Shown here piece after piece: positions 1-8,898 of a stretch of DNA of 64,000 nt. The notes beneath the pieces are model-generated. The model was not told the DNA's origin. It made no database searches and worked only from the letters and a program-made list of their open reading frames with translations. The stretch lies in the sequence record KY555144.1; one strand, 5' to 3'. The translations under genes were made by a program, and so were the position numbers. The number at the start of each line of letters is the position of its first letter. Position 1 is the stretch's first letter.

Positions 1-2
1 GG

Positions 3-779
3 GCTCTGGGCGAAGTTTTGTGGGACTACTATGACTTGCATTATTTCAAGCGCAAGCGGTCCGAGTGGAAGTACCAAAGATTTGCTTTGGTTTATCAACA
101 ACTTGCCGACGCGGCCTCGGACACCTCCATCGCGTCCAAGTTTCAGACCTATGATCACCTGCCGCACCTGGAGCCGAAGGTGCTCAAGGCCCGGCTTGAC
201 GCGGGTCACGCCGACGAGCGCGGGCGGCCGATTCCGGACCGCAAGGAGCACTTCCGGCGGGTGGTGGTCAGCGTCGACTCGGCCAACAAGCCCGGCGCCC
301 GCAACGACTACAGCGTGGCCCAGGTCTGGGGGGAGACCCACGCCCGCAAGCACTACCTGATCTACCAGGAGCGCAAGAAGGTCGACATCACCGGCCTGAC
401 CGAGATGATCGAGCGGGTGGCCAAGCGCTACGAGGTCGACGCCATCCTGGTCGAAGACAAGGGCAACGGCACCGCCTACATCCAGGCGCGGGGCCAGACC
501 GACAACCAGCGGCGGCTCGCCCCGGCCCCGATCGAGGCGATTCAGGTCCCGAGCACCTATTCCAAGGAGTTCCGCTTCAACGAGATCGTCCCGATGATCG
601 AGGCCGGCGAGGTCTTCCTGCCGGGCAAGGCCCCGTGGCTCGACCTGCTGATCCGCGAAATCGGTCAGTTCCCCGAAGGCGCCCATGACGACCAAGTCGA
701 CGCCATGACGCAGTACCTCCGCTGGGCCAAGTCCAAGCGCACGCGGTTCGGCGCGCGCAAGGTCGGCTCGATGGGCTGA
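3..779 (+). CDS. terL: Terminase large subunit, C-terminal nuclease domain (5'-truncated)
   Basis: Frame open from window start; SVDSA...VEDKGNG and FPEGAHDDQVDAMTQ motifs of TerL RNase H-like domain. Confidence 0.93.
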   Translation, partial: ALGEVLWDYYDLHYFKRKRSEWKYQRFALVYQQLADAASDTSIASKFQTYDHLPHLEPKVLKARLDAGHADERGRPIPDRKEHFRRVVVSVDSANKPGARNDYSVAQVWGETHARKHYLIYQERKKVDITGLTEMIERVAKRYEVDAILVEDKGNGTAYIQARGQTDNQRRLAPAPIEAIQVPSTYSKEFRFNEIVPMIEAGEVFLPGKAPWLDLLIREIGQFPEGAHDDQVDAMTQYLRWAKSKRTRFGARKVGSMG

Positions 780-852
780 CGAGGCCCGTTAACCACGTTT
801 GTTAACCTCCGTCGGGGCCTTAACCCTAACACGGCGAGGGTTAACAGGTCCA

Positions 853-1010
853 GGGACCCTTCGAAATTAACCTTTCGGGGACCCTGGGAAATCATAAGGC
901 GGGGACCCTGGCCATTTTCCGGCTGGGGACCCTGGCAAATTCATCGCCGGGGACCCTCCGAAATTCATCCTCGGGGACCCTGGCGAATTAAAAGCCGGGG
1001 ACCCTGGCGA
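853..1010 (+). repeat. 7 copies of (G)GGGACCCT at exact 24-bp period
   Basis: Cores at 853, 877, 901, 925, 949, 973, 997. Confidence 0.95.
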
Positions 1011-1025
1011 ATCATGGAGCCGACG

Positions 1026-1217
1026 ATGGCCGGATTTCTCAACCTGATCCCGAACCTCGCGCCGTTCGCGCTTTGGGGCGTCCTCCTCTGGATCGCCGCC
1101 GAGGTGGTCTGGAGCGTCAGCCTCTGGGTCTACGGCCTGCGGACCCTGTTCAAGCTGCACCGCGACGATCTGGCCGAGGCGATCAGCTTCGAGCGGGCCT
1201 TGAGCCCCTTCGACTAG
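1026..1217 (+). CDS. Small membrane protein
   Basis: GGAG 6 nt before ATG 1026; hydrophobic N-half. Confidence 0.7.
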   Translation: MAGFLNLIPNLAPFALWGVLLWIAAEVVWSVSLWVYGLRTLFKLHRDDLAEAISFERALSPFD

Positions 1218-1236
1218 GCGCGGCCCGCCGACCTAA

Positions 1237-1260
1237 GTCACAGACTGTAGGTTTCGTGAC
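1237..1260. promoter_or_regulatory. GTCA-N16-TGAC palindromic site
   Basis: GTCACAG-N10-TCGTGAC; one of 8 related copies. Confidence 0.55.
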
Positions 1261-1300
1261 AAGGTAGGATATTCCACAGCGATTTCAAAGGCTTATCGCC

Positions 1301-1549
1301 ATGCCGATCCACCGTCTCTTCCACGATCTGACCGTCCGTATCGTCGTTTTGGGGTGGATTTATGCCAAAAAGCCCCGAAAAACCGCTTCAAAAGGGCATA
1401 ATTTTCAGCCCCATCCGCCGGCCCAGGCCGTCCAGTGGTACGGCGACGTGGTGCGTTCGTTCCTCGAATCGCTTGAGGCGCTCAAGCCGGCGCTCACGAA
1501 ACGCGGCTGGCGTCAAGCCCTCTCGATGCGCCGCCCGCCTAAGTCATAG
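1301..1549 (+). CDS. Hypothetical protein
   Basis: 82-aa ORF between two palindromic sites; weak codon signal. Confidence 0.4.
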   Translation: MPIHRLFHDLTVRIVVLGWIYAKKPRKTASKGHNFQPHPPAQAVQWYGDVVRSFLESLEALKPALTKRGWRQALSMRRPPKS

Positions 1550-1566
1550 ACCGTGGCCTTCGTGAC
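1543..1566. promoter_or_regulatory. GTCA-N16-TGAC palindromic site
   Basis: GTCATAG-N10-TCGTGAC. Confidence 0.55.
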
Positions 1567-1775
1567 AGGATCACGCTTCCGTTACCGGAGAACCCCTTGC
1601 CGCACCTGGGTTTCTGGCTCGCCGCCGGCTCGATAGCCCTGGCCTGGGCGATCGGGGCTCTGGCGCGGCTCCACCCCGGCCGCGCCAGCCCGCGCCGCCG
1701 GTATCGCTCGGCCAAAGCATCATATATGAGCCCTTAACCCCCCTAAGGTCTCATATATGCGACCTTACGGCCCTC

Positions 1776-1932
1776 TTGACGCCCTCGTGTTCCTCTGAAC
1801 GCGAGGGCGTTTTGACGTCGTCACATTTTCGACTTGACGCGGGAGCGTTTTGACGTCCGAGCGTTTTGACGCGGGCGCATTTTTGATTCGACGGGCGAGC
1901 GTTTTGACGTCCGAACGTTTTTCAACTTGACG
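1776..1932 (+). repeat. Cluster of 7 TTGACG, four as GCGTTTTGACG
   Basis: TTGACG at 1776, 1812, 1834, 1850, 1866, 1904, 1927. Confidence 0.85.
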
Positions 1933-1954
1933 TCGTTTCATTTACCGGGAGCCC

Positions 1955-2134
1955 GTTAAGGTTAACGCCGGTCACCGAGCCCTGGGGCGATTAACCACCA
2001 GAGCGTTAACCCTTCGCCCGTTAACCTATCGGTTGTTAAGGTTAACGCCCCGTTAGGGTTAACGCCGCTTAACCCTGCGCCCGTTAAGGTTAACGCGCCC
2101 CGGCCCAGGCGCCGCCCGGCCCTACCCGTTAACC
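1955..2134. repeat. Cluster of 12 TTAA (CtrA half-site-like)
   Basis: TTAA at 1956, 1962, 1991, 2006, 2021, 2036, 2042, 2059, 2069, 2084, 2090, 2129. Confidence 0.85.
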
Positions 2135-2158
2135 CTAACCGCCCGACCCCCGCGCCCA

Positions 2159-2200
2159 GGCCATACCCGGTAGGGCCTGACGGCCCTACCGGGTATGGCC
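2159..2200. repeat. Perfect 19-bp inverted repeat with 4-nt loop
   Basis: GGCCATACCCGGTAGGGCC-TGAC-GGCCCTACCGGGTATGGCC. Confidence 0.92.
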
Positions 2201-2204
2201 CCGC

Positions 2205-2433
2205 GCCCCGGCGGAGGCCAGGGACCGCCCCGGCGGAGGCCAGGGACCGCCCCGGCGGAGGCCAGGGACCGCCCCGGCGGAGGCCAGGGACCGCCCCGGC
2301 GGAGGCCAGGGACCGCCCCGGCGGAGGCCAGGGACCGCCCCGGCGGAGGCCAGGGACCGCCCCGGCGGAGGCCAGGGACCGCCCCGGCGGAGGCCAGGGA
2401 CCGCCCCGGCGGAGGCCAGGGACCGCCCCGGCG
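2205..2433 (+). repeat. Tandem repeat, 10 perfect 22-bp units plus a partial
   Basis: Unit GCCCCGGCGGAGGCCAGGGACC. Confidence 0.97.
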
Positions 2434-2448
2434 CTTTTTCGCGCCCCG

Positions 2449-2480
2449 TTTACCTTTTGTTAACTTCTGGCCTCTAGGGT
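2449..2480 (+). promoter_or_regulatory. CtrA-box promoter
   Basis: TTTA-N7-TTAAC then CTAGGGT at fixed spacing. Confidence 0.75.
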
Positions 2481-2528
2481 CGCCCTTGTCCCCGCCGCAC
2501 TCCCGCGCCGGGCAAGGAGCTTCCCGCC

Positions 2529-2714
2529 ATGGTCCCCGACTCGATCATGAACCCCCGCGACCACTTCCACCGCCTGCGCGAGGAAACCGCCCGCGCTCTG
2601 GTCGAGACGTTCGCCGAAACCGACCCCGGCGAGGACTACCGCGCCGAGGAAAAGGCCGGCGCGTGGGTTGTCGCCTATTACGACGCGGCGGGCGAATTCG
2701 TCGCCTATCTCTAG
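2529..2714 (+). CDS. Hypothetical early protein
   Basis: AAGGAG RBS; follows promoter. Confidence 0.75.
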   Translation: MVPDSIMNPRDHFHRLREETARALVETFAETDPGEDYRAEEKAGAWVVAYYDAAGEFVAYL

Positions 2715-2738
2715 CCGCCTTCGCCCCCTGGCGCCGCG

Positions 2739-2770
2739 TTAACGGTTTGTTAACATATCGGCGCCAGGGT
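2739..2770 (+). promoter_or_regulatory. CtrA-box promoter
   Basis: Perfect TTAA-CGGTTTG-TTAAC then CCAGGGT. Confidence 0.8.
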
Positions 2771-2813
2771 CGCCCTAGCCCGGCGCGTCGCCGCGCCTTC
2801 GGAGAAAAGCCCC

Positions 2814-3617
2814 ATGCTCTACACCCCCGCCGCTCGCCGCCTTCGCGCCTATCGCGAAACCGCCGCGAAGAACACCGAAATTCACGCCCGCCCGCATATG
2901 GCCGGCAACGTCGCCGGCTATAACGAATCGGTTTGGCCGACGACGGCGCTAGGCGTCGCCGCCAAGGCCGGCGCCTTCAAGCGCCCCGAAACCGCCGGCA
3001 ACTGGTCGGAAGATCGCAAAGCCTATTACGCCCCCGCGTGGCCGGCCGGCTGGCGCGTGCTGGGCACGGCCGAAGAGGTCTGCCGCAAGGAAGGATCGCG
3101 CCGGGTGGAACATTCGGGATGGTACACGACGCCCGACGACTACAGCGCCACTCTTTCGGGCTATGTGCTGCAAATCCCCGCCCGCGACGGGGTCGCCCAA
3201 TACGTCGCCGGGACCGCTCATAGCGAGTTTGACGGGGTCACCGTCTACCCCTCGCGCCGTTTCGACAACCCGCTAGACGCGGCGAGCGCCGCCGACCAAA
3301 TCGCCGAACGCGACGCCGAAGAGGAACGCGAATATCAAAGCGCGTGGCAAGCGGGCGTGCGCTTCGCCGAACTGGGCGCCGAGGTCAAGGAGGCCCGCGC
3401 CGAAGCCCTGGCGATCCTTGGCGAGCGTCGCAAGGTCAAGGGGCTGGAAACCCCCGCCTTGTGCGGCGCGATCCGGGCGCAAGTCGAGTCCTTGCTGGAG
3501 AAGATCGAAGAGGCCCGCGCCAAGCGCGACGCCCTGGCGCAAGGCAATGACCCCGGCCTCATGTTCTACCCCTCGCCGCGTCTGGTCGCGGCCTTCAATG
3601 AGGGGGCGGGGCTTTGA
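2814..3617 (+). CDS. Hypothetical early protein
   Basis: GGAG RBS; GC3-rich codons; 267 aa. Confidence 0.8.
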   Translation: MLYTPAARRLRAYRETAAKNTEIHARPHMAGNVAGYNESVWPTTALGVAAKAGAFKRPETAGNWSEDRKAYYAPAWPAGWRVLGTAEEVCRKEGSRRVEHSGWYTTPDDYSATLSGYVLQIPARDGVAQYVAGTAHSEFDGVTVYPSRRFDNPLDAASAADQIAERDAEEEREYQSAWQAGVRFAELGAEVKEARAEALAILGERRKVKGLETPALCGAIRAQVESLLEKIEEARAKRDALAQGNDPGLMFYPSPRLVAAFNEGAGL

Positions 3618-3823
3618 GGGTCGCCCGCGATAGCTTCGCCGTGTTCTGGTCGCGCCCTGGCCAGAAATGGGGGTTTCACGCCGACATGAAACGGGCGCTT
3701 TACCCAACCCCCAAGGCCGCCGCCGACGCCTTCCGCGTCATGTTCCCGCGTGACGTGGTTCGGAGCGTCCGCGACGCTTCCGGCCGCTTCCTGGCCTTCA
3801 AGGAGTCCGCCCCGTGCGCCTGA
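3614..3823 (+). CDS. Hypothetical protein (start uncertain)
   Basis: Overlap-coupled to neighbours. Confidence 0.6.
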   Translation: MRVARDSFAVFWSRPGQKWGFHADMKRALYPTPKAAADAFRVMFPRDVVRSVRDASGRFLAFKESAPCA

Positions 3824-4095
3824 TCAGCTACAACGTCAACGGAACCGGTTTCAAGGGCGGCTCCGCCCCGCCCGCCCCATGCCCTGGCCTCGCCGGACAC
3901 GCCGACGAGGCGGGGCTATGGGTTCCCGACCGTGAGACGGTCGCCGCGCTTCTCCCCCGGCGCTGGCGCCACGCCTTCGCCCGCGCGGCGTTTTGGTATG
4001 ACGCCCGCGACAACAAAAAGCCTTGCCGCGCCGACCTCTACGACGCGCGCGGCCGGTACCTGACTCAGGTCTGGGCGCATCCGGTTTTCGCCTGA
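3814..4095 (+). CDS. Hypothetical protein
   Basis: AAGGAG before GTG. Confidence 0.7.
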   Translation: MRLISYNVNGTGFKGGSAPPAPCPGLAGHADEAGLWVPDRETVAALLPRRWRHAFARAAFWYDARDNKKPCRADLYDARGRYLTQVWAHPVFA

Positions 4096-4099
4096 TCGG

Positions 4100-4128
4100 A
4101 CGCCCCGGAAAAATTTCCGGGGCGTTTA
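4100..4128 (+). terminator. Hairpin/terminator
   Basis: ACGCCCCGGAAA-AA-TTTCCGGGGCGT followed by TTT. Confidence 0.6.
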
Positions 4129-4188
4129 CCTTTTGTTAACCTCTGGCCTCTAGGGTGACTTTCGCCGCCGGGCAATCCCGCCCGCCGG
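4125..4188 (+). promoter_or_regulatory. CtrA-box promoter plus leader hairpin (60-bp repeat, copy 1)
   Basis: TTTA-N7-TTAAC, CTAGGGT, CGGG-CAAT-CCCG; 4129-4188 identical to 5534-5593. Confidence 0.8.
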
Positions 4189-4214
4189 ACCCTCTTTCAA
4201 GGATTGCTCCCGTC

Positions 4215-5258
4215 ATGACCTCTCATGCCATGGTCGCGCACCGTTGGGCGCAGGACGACGAGAACGGCCGCACCGCGCGCGGCTTCAACATGTATTTCGA
4301 GCGCTACGGGCGCGGCGCCGACCGCGTCAACGTGATTTTCTCCTACGGGACTCACTTCCCGGCCGCCGCCTTCGTGACCGACGCGCACGGCCGCCGCGTC
4401 GCTCTGGTCACCACGCGGACTCGGAGCATTTCGACCGCTAAGCACATGTCGCACATTCGCCGGGCGATCCGTGGCCCTTATTTCAACGTCCCGGACGTGT
4501 CGCGGATGCACAAGCCGGGCGGCGCGGGCGACTTCCACGGGGACAACCTGCGCGCCTATATCGAGAGCGCCGCCGGCCTCGCCGCCAAGGCCAAGCGCGC
4601 CCGCGTCAACGGCCCTTGGCTGCTTTCGCAGGCCCGCGACGTGCTCGCCGAAGCCCAACGCTACGCCGACGCCTTCAAGCTGAAAACCAAGGTTCCGCCC
4701 TTGGAAGACGTCGCCGGCGCATGGGCGAAGATGACGGCCGCCAAGGCGCGGGCCGAAGCCAAGGCCCGCAAGGAGGCCGAAAAGCGCGCCCGCGAGGCCC
4801 GCGAAGCCGAACGCCTCGCCGACGCCGAAGCCTTCGCCGGGTGGATGCGCGGCGAGCGCCAGAGCGCCCCGTTTAGCTACCGGGTGCGCGATGACGGGAC
4901 CGTCTATCTTCGCCGCTTCCGGGGCGTGGTCCGCGACCTGCGCAGCCAAGAGCGCGACGGCTCGCGCGTCGATGAACTGCAAACCTCGCAAGGCGCGGCC
5001 GTGCCGTGGGAACACGCGGTCAAGGCCTTCCGGTTCATCAAGCTTTGCCGCGAACGCGGCGAGGGCTTCCACCGTAACGGCCGGGTGATTCGCGTCGGTC
5101 ACTTCCAAGTCGATTCGATCGCCCCCAATGGCGACATGGTCGCCGGGTGTCACCGGTTCGCGTGGGATGAAATCGAACGCCTCGCCAGGGCCGAAGGGGT
5201 TTTCGACCTCCCCGCCGCCGCCGACGCCGTCGAAACCCGGCAAGCCGAACCGGCCTAA
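4215..5258 (+). CDS. Hypothetical early protein with coiled-coil segment
   Basis: ATG 4215 after AAGGA; strong codon bias. Confidence 0.8.
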   Translation: MTSHAMVAHRWAQDDENGRTARGFNMYFERYGRGADRVNVIFSYGTHFPAAAFVTDAHGRRVALVTTRTRSISTAKHMSHIRRAIRGPYFNVPDVSRMHKPGGAGDFHGDNLRAYIESAAGLAAKAKRARVNGPWLLSQARDVLAEAQRYADAFKLKTKVPPLEDVAGAWAKMTAAKARAEAKARKEAEKRAREAREAERLADAEAFAGWMRGERQSAPFSYRVRDDGTVYLRRFRGVVRDLRSQERDGSRVDELQTSQGAAVPWEHAVKAFRFIKLCRERGEGFHRNGRVIRVGHFQVDSIAPNGDMVAGCHRFAWDEIERLARAEGVFDLPAAADAVETRQAEPA

Positions 5259-5268
5259 GCCCGCCCTC

Positions 5269-5295
5269 CAGCGCCCCGGCTTCCCGCCGGGGCGC
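5269..5295 (+). terminator. GC hairpin after gene
   Basis: GCGCCCCGGC-N5-GCCGGGGCGC; near-identical copy at about 5491-5516. Confidence 0.55.
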
Positions 5296-5315
5296 GCCCT
5301 TCGAAAGGTCCGCCC

Positions 5316-5483
5316 ATGAAACCCGTCATTGTTCTGGAACTCGACCAAGCCAGCGCGGACGCCGTAAGCGAAGCCCTCGCCCATGTCTGGCGCGAGGTTT
5401 TCGACAAGAGCCGCACCGGCGCGGCCGGCAAGCTTCGCGCCGTGCTGGATCGCCTCAACACGGTGACCCCCGCCAAGCGCTAG
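5316..5483 (+). CDS. Small hypothetical protein (55 aa, not in ORF track)
   Basis: AAAGG RBS; MKPVIVLELDQ...TPAKR. Confidence 0.7.
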   Translation: MKPVIVLELDQASADAVSEALAHVWREVFDKSRTGAAGKLRAVLDRLNTVTPAKR

Positions 5484-5529
5484 ACCCTCCAGCGCCCCGG
5501 CTCCCCGCCGGGGCGCTTTCGTGTACGCG

Positions 5530-5593
5530 GTAACCTTTTGTTAACCTCTGGCCTCTAGGGTGACTTTCGCCGCCGGGCAATCCCGCCCGCCGG
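5530..5593 (+). promoter_or_regulatory. CtrA-box promoter plus leader hairpin (60-bp repeat, copy 2)
   Basis: GTAA-N7-TTAAC, CTAGGGT, CGGG-CAAT-CCCG. Confidence 0.8.
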
Positions 5594-5614
5594 CCTCGCT
5601 TAGGACCCGCTCAA

Positions 5615-5914
5615 ATGGCCCTTTTCGTCGTCGCTATTGACCCCGCCCTCATCCCCTCCGCCGCCGGTTTCGTCGTCGCCTCCCCCTACGGGTGCGGCAA
5701 GTGGCGCGCGTGCGTCGGGAGCGAGGCGGACATGATCACGCTTCGCGACAAGATGCGCCGGGCGCACCCGACCCCGGAAGGCTACAGCGTCCAGCCCCTG
5801 GCGCAATTCCTGGCCTATCTGGAGACGGTCGGGGCTAATCCTTATGACCAGTACCGCGCCCGCGACGCCGCCGCGCGCATCCTTGACACCCTGACAACGC
5901 ACCTCGCCGCCTAA
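5615..5914 (+). CDS. Hypothetical early protein
   Basis: Follows promoter; AGGA RBS. Confidence 0.75.
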   Translation: MALFVVAIDPALIPSAAGFVVASPYGCGKWRACVGSEADMITLRDKMRRAHPTPEGYSVQPLAQFLAYLETVGANPYDQYRARDAAARILDTLTTHLAA

Positions 5915-5964
5915 CCCCTCAAAGCCCCCGGCCGCGCCGGGGGCGCCTCTCTGGAGCAAAGACC

Positions 5965-6276
5965 ATGCAAACCCGTCTCATCGTCGTGCGCGCGCCGACC
6001 GCCGCCGAACTCGCCGACCCGTCCAGCCGCGCGGGCGGCGCCGAAGTCGTCTTTGAGCGCGCCGACCGCGAGGGCCGCACGCGGCTTGTGTTCGCCTCCT
6101 ACTGCTACGGCTCATATCAGCAATGGGGCGAAACCGTCGACGTGCTCGGCGACAACGTCGAGGCCGCCACCCTCTGGGCGCGCGGCATGGCCCGCGTTCA
6201 TGACCTCATCCAAGAGGACCCGGACGACGACGAGGGCGACGACGCCCCGGCCGAAGACGACGACGGGGAGGCGTGA
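5965..6276 (+). CDS. Hypothetical protein, acidic C-terminus
   Basis: GGAG RBS. Confidence 0.75.
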   Translation: MQTRLIVVRAPTAAELADPSSRAGGAEVVFERADREGRTRLVFASYCYGSYQQWGETVDVLGDNVEAATLWARGMARVHDLIQEDPDDDEGDDAPAEDDDGEA

Positions 6277-6279
6277 GCC

Positions 6280-6702
6280 ATGCGAACCACGAAAGCCCAA
6301 CGCTTCGCCGCCGTCGCCTTTGACGCCCTGGCCAAGGCCCTAAGCGAAGAGCCCCGCCGCGTCGTCTCCCGCGTGACCAAATGGGAGGGGGCGGGCCATA
6401 GCTTCGCCAACCTGCAACGCGATTATGAGCGTTACGGCCCCGGCCGCCGCTCATGGTTCGGCCGCGACGAAATGCGGTTCTTTGGGACGCGCCTAGAGGC
6501 CGCCCCGCTGGACTTTCCCGCCCTTCGCGTCACCCTCTTTCTGACCTCCGAAACCCCGCCCGGCGCCGGCCGGGTCTGGACCCTTCGCGCCTATCTCTGG
6601 GACTCGGCCGATATCGAGACTTTGACGCGCGGCGACGAAACCGACGCGGCGACCGCGCAAGCCGCCTTTGACCTGCTTTGGCCGATCCTTTCCGGCCGGT
6701 AA
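6280..6702 (+). CDS. Hypothetical protein
   Basis: GGAGG RBS. Confidence 0.75.
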   Translation: MRTTKAQRFAAVAFDALAKALSEEPRRVVSRVTKWEGAGHSFANLQRDYERYGPGRRSWFGRDEMRFFGTRLEAAPLDFPALRVTLFLTSETPPGAGRVWTLRAYLWDSADIETLTRGDETDAATAQAAFDLLWPILSGR

Positions 6703-6757
6703 CCTTTTGTTAACTTCTGGCCTCTAGGGTGTCTTTGCGGCCGGGCAATCCCGCCCG
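6699..6757 (+). promoter_or_regulatory. CtrA-box promoter plus leader hairpin
   Basis: GTAA-N7-TTAAC, CTAGGGT, CGGG-CAAT-CCCG. Confidence 0.8.
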
Positions 6758-6782
6758 GTCCGCTCGCCAAGGATCGCACCGC

Positions 6783-7055
6783 ATGACCCGCGCGCAAGCC
6801 CTCGCCGACATGAACGCCCTCCCCGGTATCATCGCCTCCTTTGATCGCGAGACGGGCGAATATCGCGTGACCCTCCGCTTTGGCCCGCTCCCCATGGGGC
6901 GTGGCGCGCAAGAGTGGATGCACGCCCGCCGCGAAGCCGTCGCCAGCTACAGCGACGACAAGGCCGACGCCCTGGCCACCGCCCGCGACATGTCCAAGCG
7001 TTGGGAGGCGATGAGCGCCCAAGAGCGTTCGCACCTCTATCACAACCCCGCCTAA
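6783..7055 (+). CDS. Hypothetical protein
   Basis: ATG 6783 after CTCGCCAAGGATCGCACC leader (repeated before 7121). Confidence 0.75.
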   Translation: MTRAQALADMNALPGIIASFDRETGEYRVTLRFGPLPMGRGAQEWMHARREAVASYSDDKADALATARDMSKRWEAMSAQERSHLYHNPA

Positions 7056-7120
7056 AGCCCTCGCCGCCCTGGCCACCGCCGGGGCGGCTCCCCTCAACCC
7101 CTCGCCAAGGATCGCACCCC

Positions 7121-7405
7121 ATGACCGCCCGCAAGCCCCTGACCAAGGAACAAAAGGCCCGCCGCCGCGCCACGCGCCGCGCCGCCCGCCTCACGTGGTC
7201 CGATGAGCGCCGCGCCCGCGAATTCGAGCGTCAAGCCCGCTTCTTCCTGATGATCGCCACCCGCGCCCAAGGCGCCGGCCAAGGCCAGGAAGCCGCCCGC
7301 CTCGCGACCGTCGCGCAGCGCAAGGTCACCAATTGGCGCATGGCGCAGGCCTGCGCCCGGATCAATGCGCTTGCGGTTCATCCGTGGGCGGGGGTCGCGG
7401 CCTAA
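7121..7405 (+). CDS. Hypothetical basic protein
   Basis: Same leader/RBS as 6783 gene. Confidence 0.75.
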   Translation: MTARKPLTKEQKARRRATRRAARLTWSDERRAREFERQARFFLMIATRAQGAGQGQEAARLATVAQRKVTNWRMAQACARINALAVHPWAGVAA

Positions 7406-7590
7406 TGCCCCGCCGCGTCCGCTACATGCCGTCCGACGCTCTGGACCTCGCCGACGCGCTCGGCGAGGGGCTGGACCTCGTCGCCACCCTGAGCGAGGCC
7501 CGCCGCGCCGGCGCCCCGTTCGCCGACACCCTCGCCGCCCTAGAGGACTGGGCGCTTAACAATCGCCACCTGATCGAAGAGGACGCCTAA
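7405..7590 (+). CDS. Hypothetical protein
   Basis: TAATG overlap. Confidence 0.65.
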   Translation: MPRRVRYMPSDALDLADALGEGLDLVATLSEARRAGAPFADTLAALEDWALNNRHLIEEDA

Positions 7591-7593
7591 CCC

Positions 7594-7794
7594 ATGCCCC
7601 GCCCCCTGAGCCCGCCCATGTCGCACCCTCACGCCCTGGCGCTGATCGCCCTCGCCGGGCGCGTGCTGGACCTGACCCGCCTGCACCCTGGCGATCAACG
7701 CAAGGCCGCGATTGACCTAATCGGCGACCTCTACGCCCTCGCCGACGACATCGACGCCGACCCCGCCGCCCTGACGCAACCGGAGGCCGCCTAA
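7594..7794 (+). CDS. Hypothetical protein
   Basis: GAGGA RBS; tight packing. Confidence 0.7.
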   Translation: MPRPLSPPMSHPHALALIALAGRVLDLTRLHPGDQRKAAIDLIGDLYALADDIDADPAALTQPEAA

Positions 7795-7797
7795 GCC

Positions 7798-8382
7798 ATG
7801 ACCGCCACCCGCTACCGCCTCCCGAACATGGCCGCCTATGGCAAGGGGCTTTCCGACTCGCTTTATGCGGCGTCGGAAGTCGTCGCCCGCGCCATCCCGG
7901 CCGAAACCTCCGCCACCGGGCCGGCCGCGCTGGAAAACCTCCGCTCGGCCCTGATCACCTACAGCGCCGGGGCGCATACGCCCAAGGCCCCGGACTCGGT
8001 CCTGGCGACTCTGCTCTGGGTTGTCGAAATGGCGCAAGAGCGCGCCACCGACTCCGATTTCAACACCGCCCGCGAGGCGCTGGATGAACACGACGCGCTA
8101 GGCTTTGTCACCGATTGGCTAGAGGCGCACGGGCTGGACGTCTCGCGCATCCGGGCCGCCGAACTCAACGCCGAAGCCCGCGCCCTTCTTGTGGAAGAGG
8201 CGGACGCCGAACAAGCCAAGCTGGACGCCTTGGAAGCCGCCGCCCTGGCCGAAGCGCCGGGCGACGTGATCACCGACGCCTTGCGCCCCTATCTGGGCGC
8301 CGCCCTGGCCGAAACCCACGCCGACGACGTGCTAGACGCCCTCACGCGCGCCGGCTTCCAAATCACCCGCAAGGAGGCCTAG
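7798..8382 (+). CDS. Hypothetical protein
   Basis: GGAGG RBS. Confidence 0.8.
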   Translation: MTATRYRLPNMAAYGKGLSDSLYAASEVVARAIPAETSATGPAALENLRSALITYSAGAHTPKAPDSVLATLLWVVEMAQERATDSDFNTAREALDEHDALGFVTDWLEAHGLDVSRIRAAELNAEARALLVEEADAEQAKLDALEAAALAEAPGDVITDALRPYLGAALAETHADDVLDALTRAGFQITRKEA

Positions 8383-8385
8383 ACC

Positions 8386-8874
8386 ATGGCTCGCGACGTG
8401 TCCCGCTTCGCCACCCCTGAAAAGATCATCGGGGGTTACCTCATGACCGCCCAACGCGACGGGGCCATGACTGAGGCCGCCGACGTCATCGCCACCCTAG
8501 AGGCGGCCGGCTATGTCATCGCCCGCCGCCGCGACGTCTACACCGACTCGGGGGTCAAGTTGGGCGACGCCCTGGCGGCGCTTTACGACGCCGTCCCGAA
8601 CTACGCCGTGCGCTCGCAACGGCTCGCCGACGCCCTGACCCCGGCGCGGGATTACGTCTATCAGCCCCGGTTCCGGGCCAAGCTGGACGCCGCGCCCGGC
8701 GCGCGCCTGACCGACTGCGAAACCGGCGCGTGCGTCTATTTCCAGCCGGGCGACGACGCCGAAGCCTTCCGCGCCCTCTTCGCCCCCTGGCTTCGCGACG
8801 ACGACGAGACGGGCGACGGAAAGGCCCTGGCGTCGATGATGAACGCCACGGCCGAAGAATACTTTTCCGGCTAA
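8386..8874 (+). CDS. Hypothetical protein
   Basis: AAGGAGG RBS. Confidence 0.8.
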   Translation: MARDVSRFATPEKIIGGYLMTAQRDGAMTEAADVIATLEAAGYVIARRRDVYTDSGVKLGDALAALYDAVPNYAVRSQRLADALTPARDYVYQPRFRAKLDAAPGARLTDCETGACVYFQPGDDAEAFRALFAPWLRDDDETGDGKALASMMNATAEEYFSG

Positions 8875-8898
8875 GTCATCATTCCTACCGTCTATGAC
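8875..8898. promoter_or_regulatory. GTCA-N16-TGAC palindromic site
   Basis: GTCATCA-N10-CTATGAC directly after TAA stop. Confidence 0.5.

Noticed and set aside
789-845. CtrA box after terL
   Set aside because: TTAA half-sites are spaced 9 or 14 nt, not 7
853-1010. CRISPR array interpretation
   Set aside because: Repeat core about 9 bp and linkers about 15 bp, too short; no cas genes
2205-2433. CRISPR array interpretation
   Set aside because: Identical units with no spacers
2195-2923. 242-aa ORF with repeating APAEARDRPGGGQGPPRRRPGT
   Set aside because: Translation artefact of the 22-bp tandem repeat; overlaps better-supported genes
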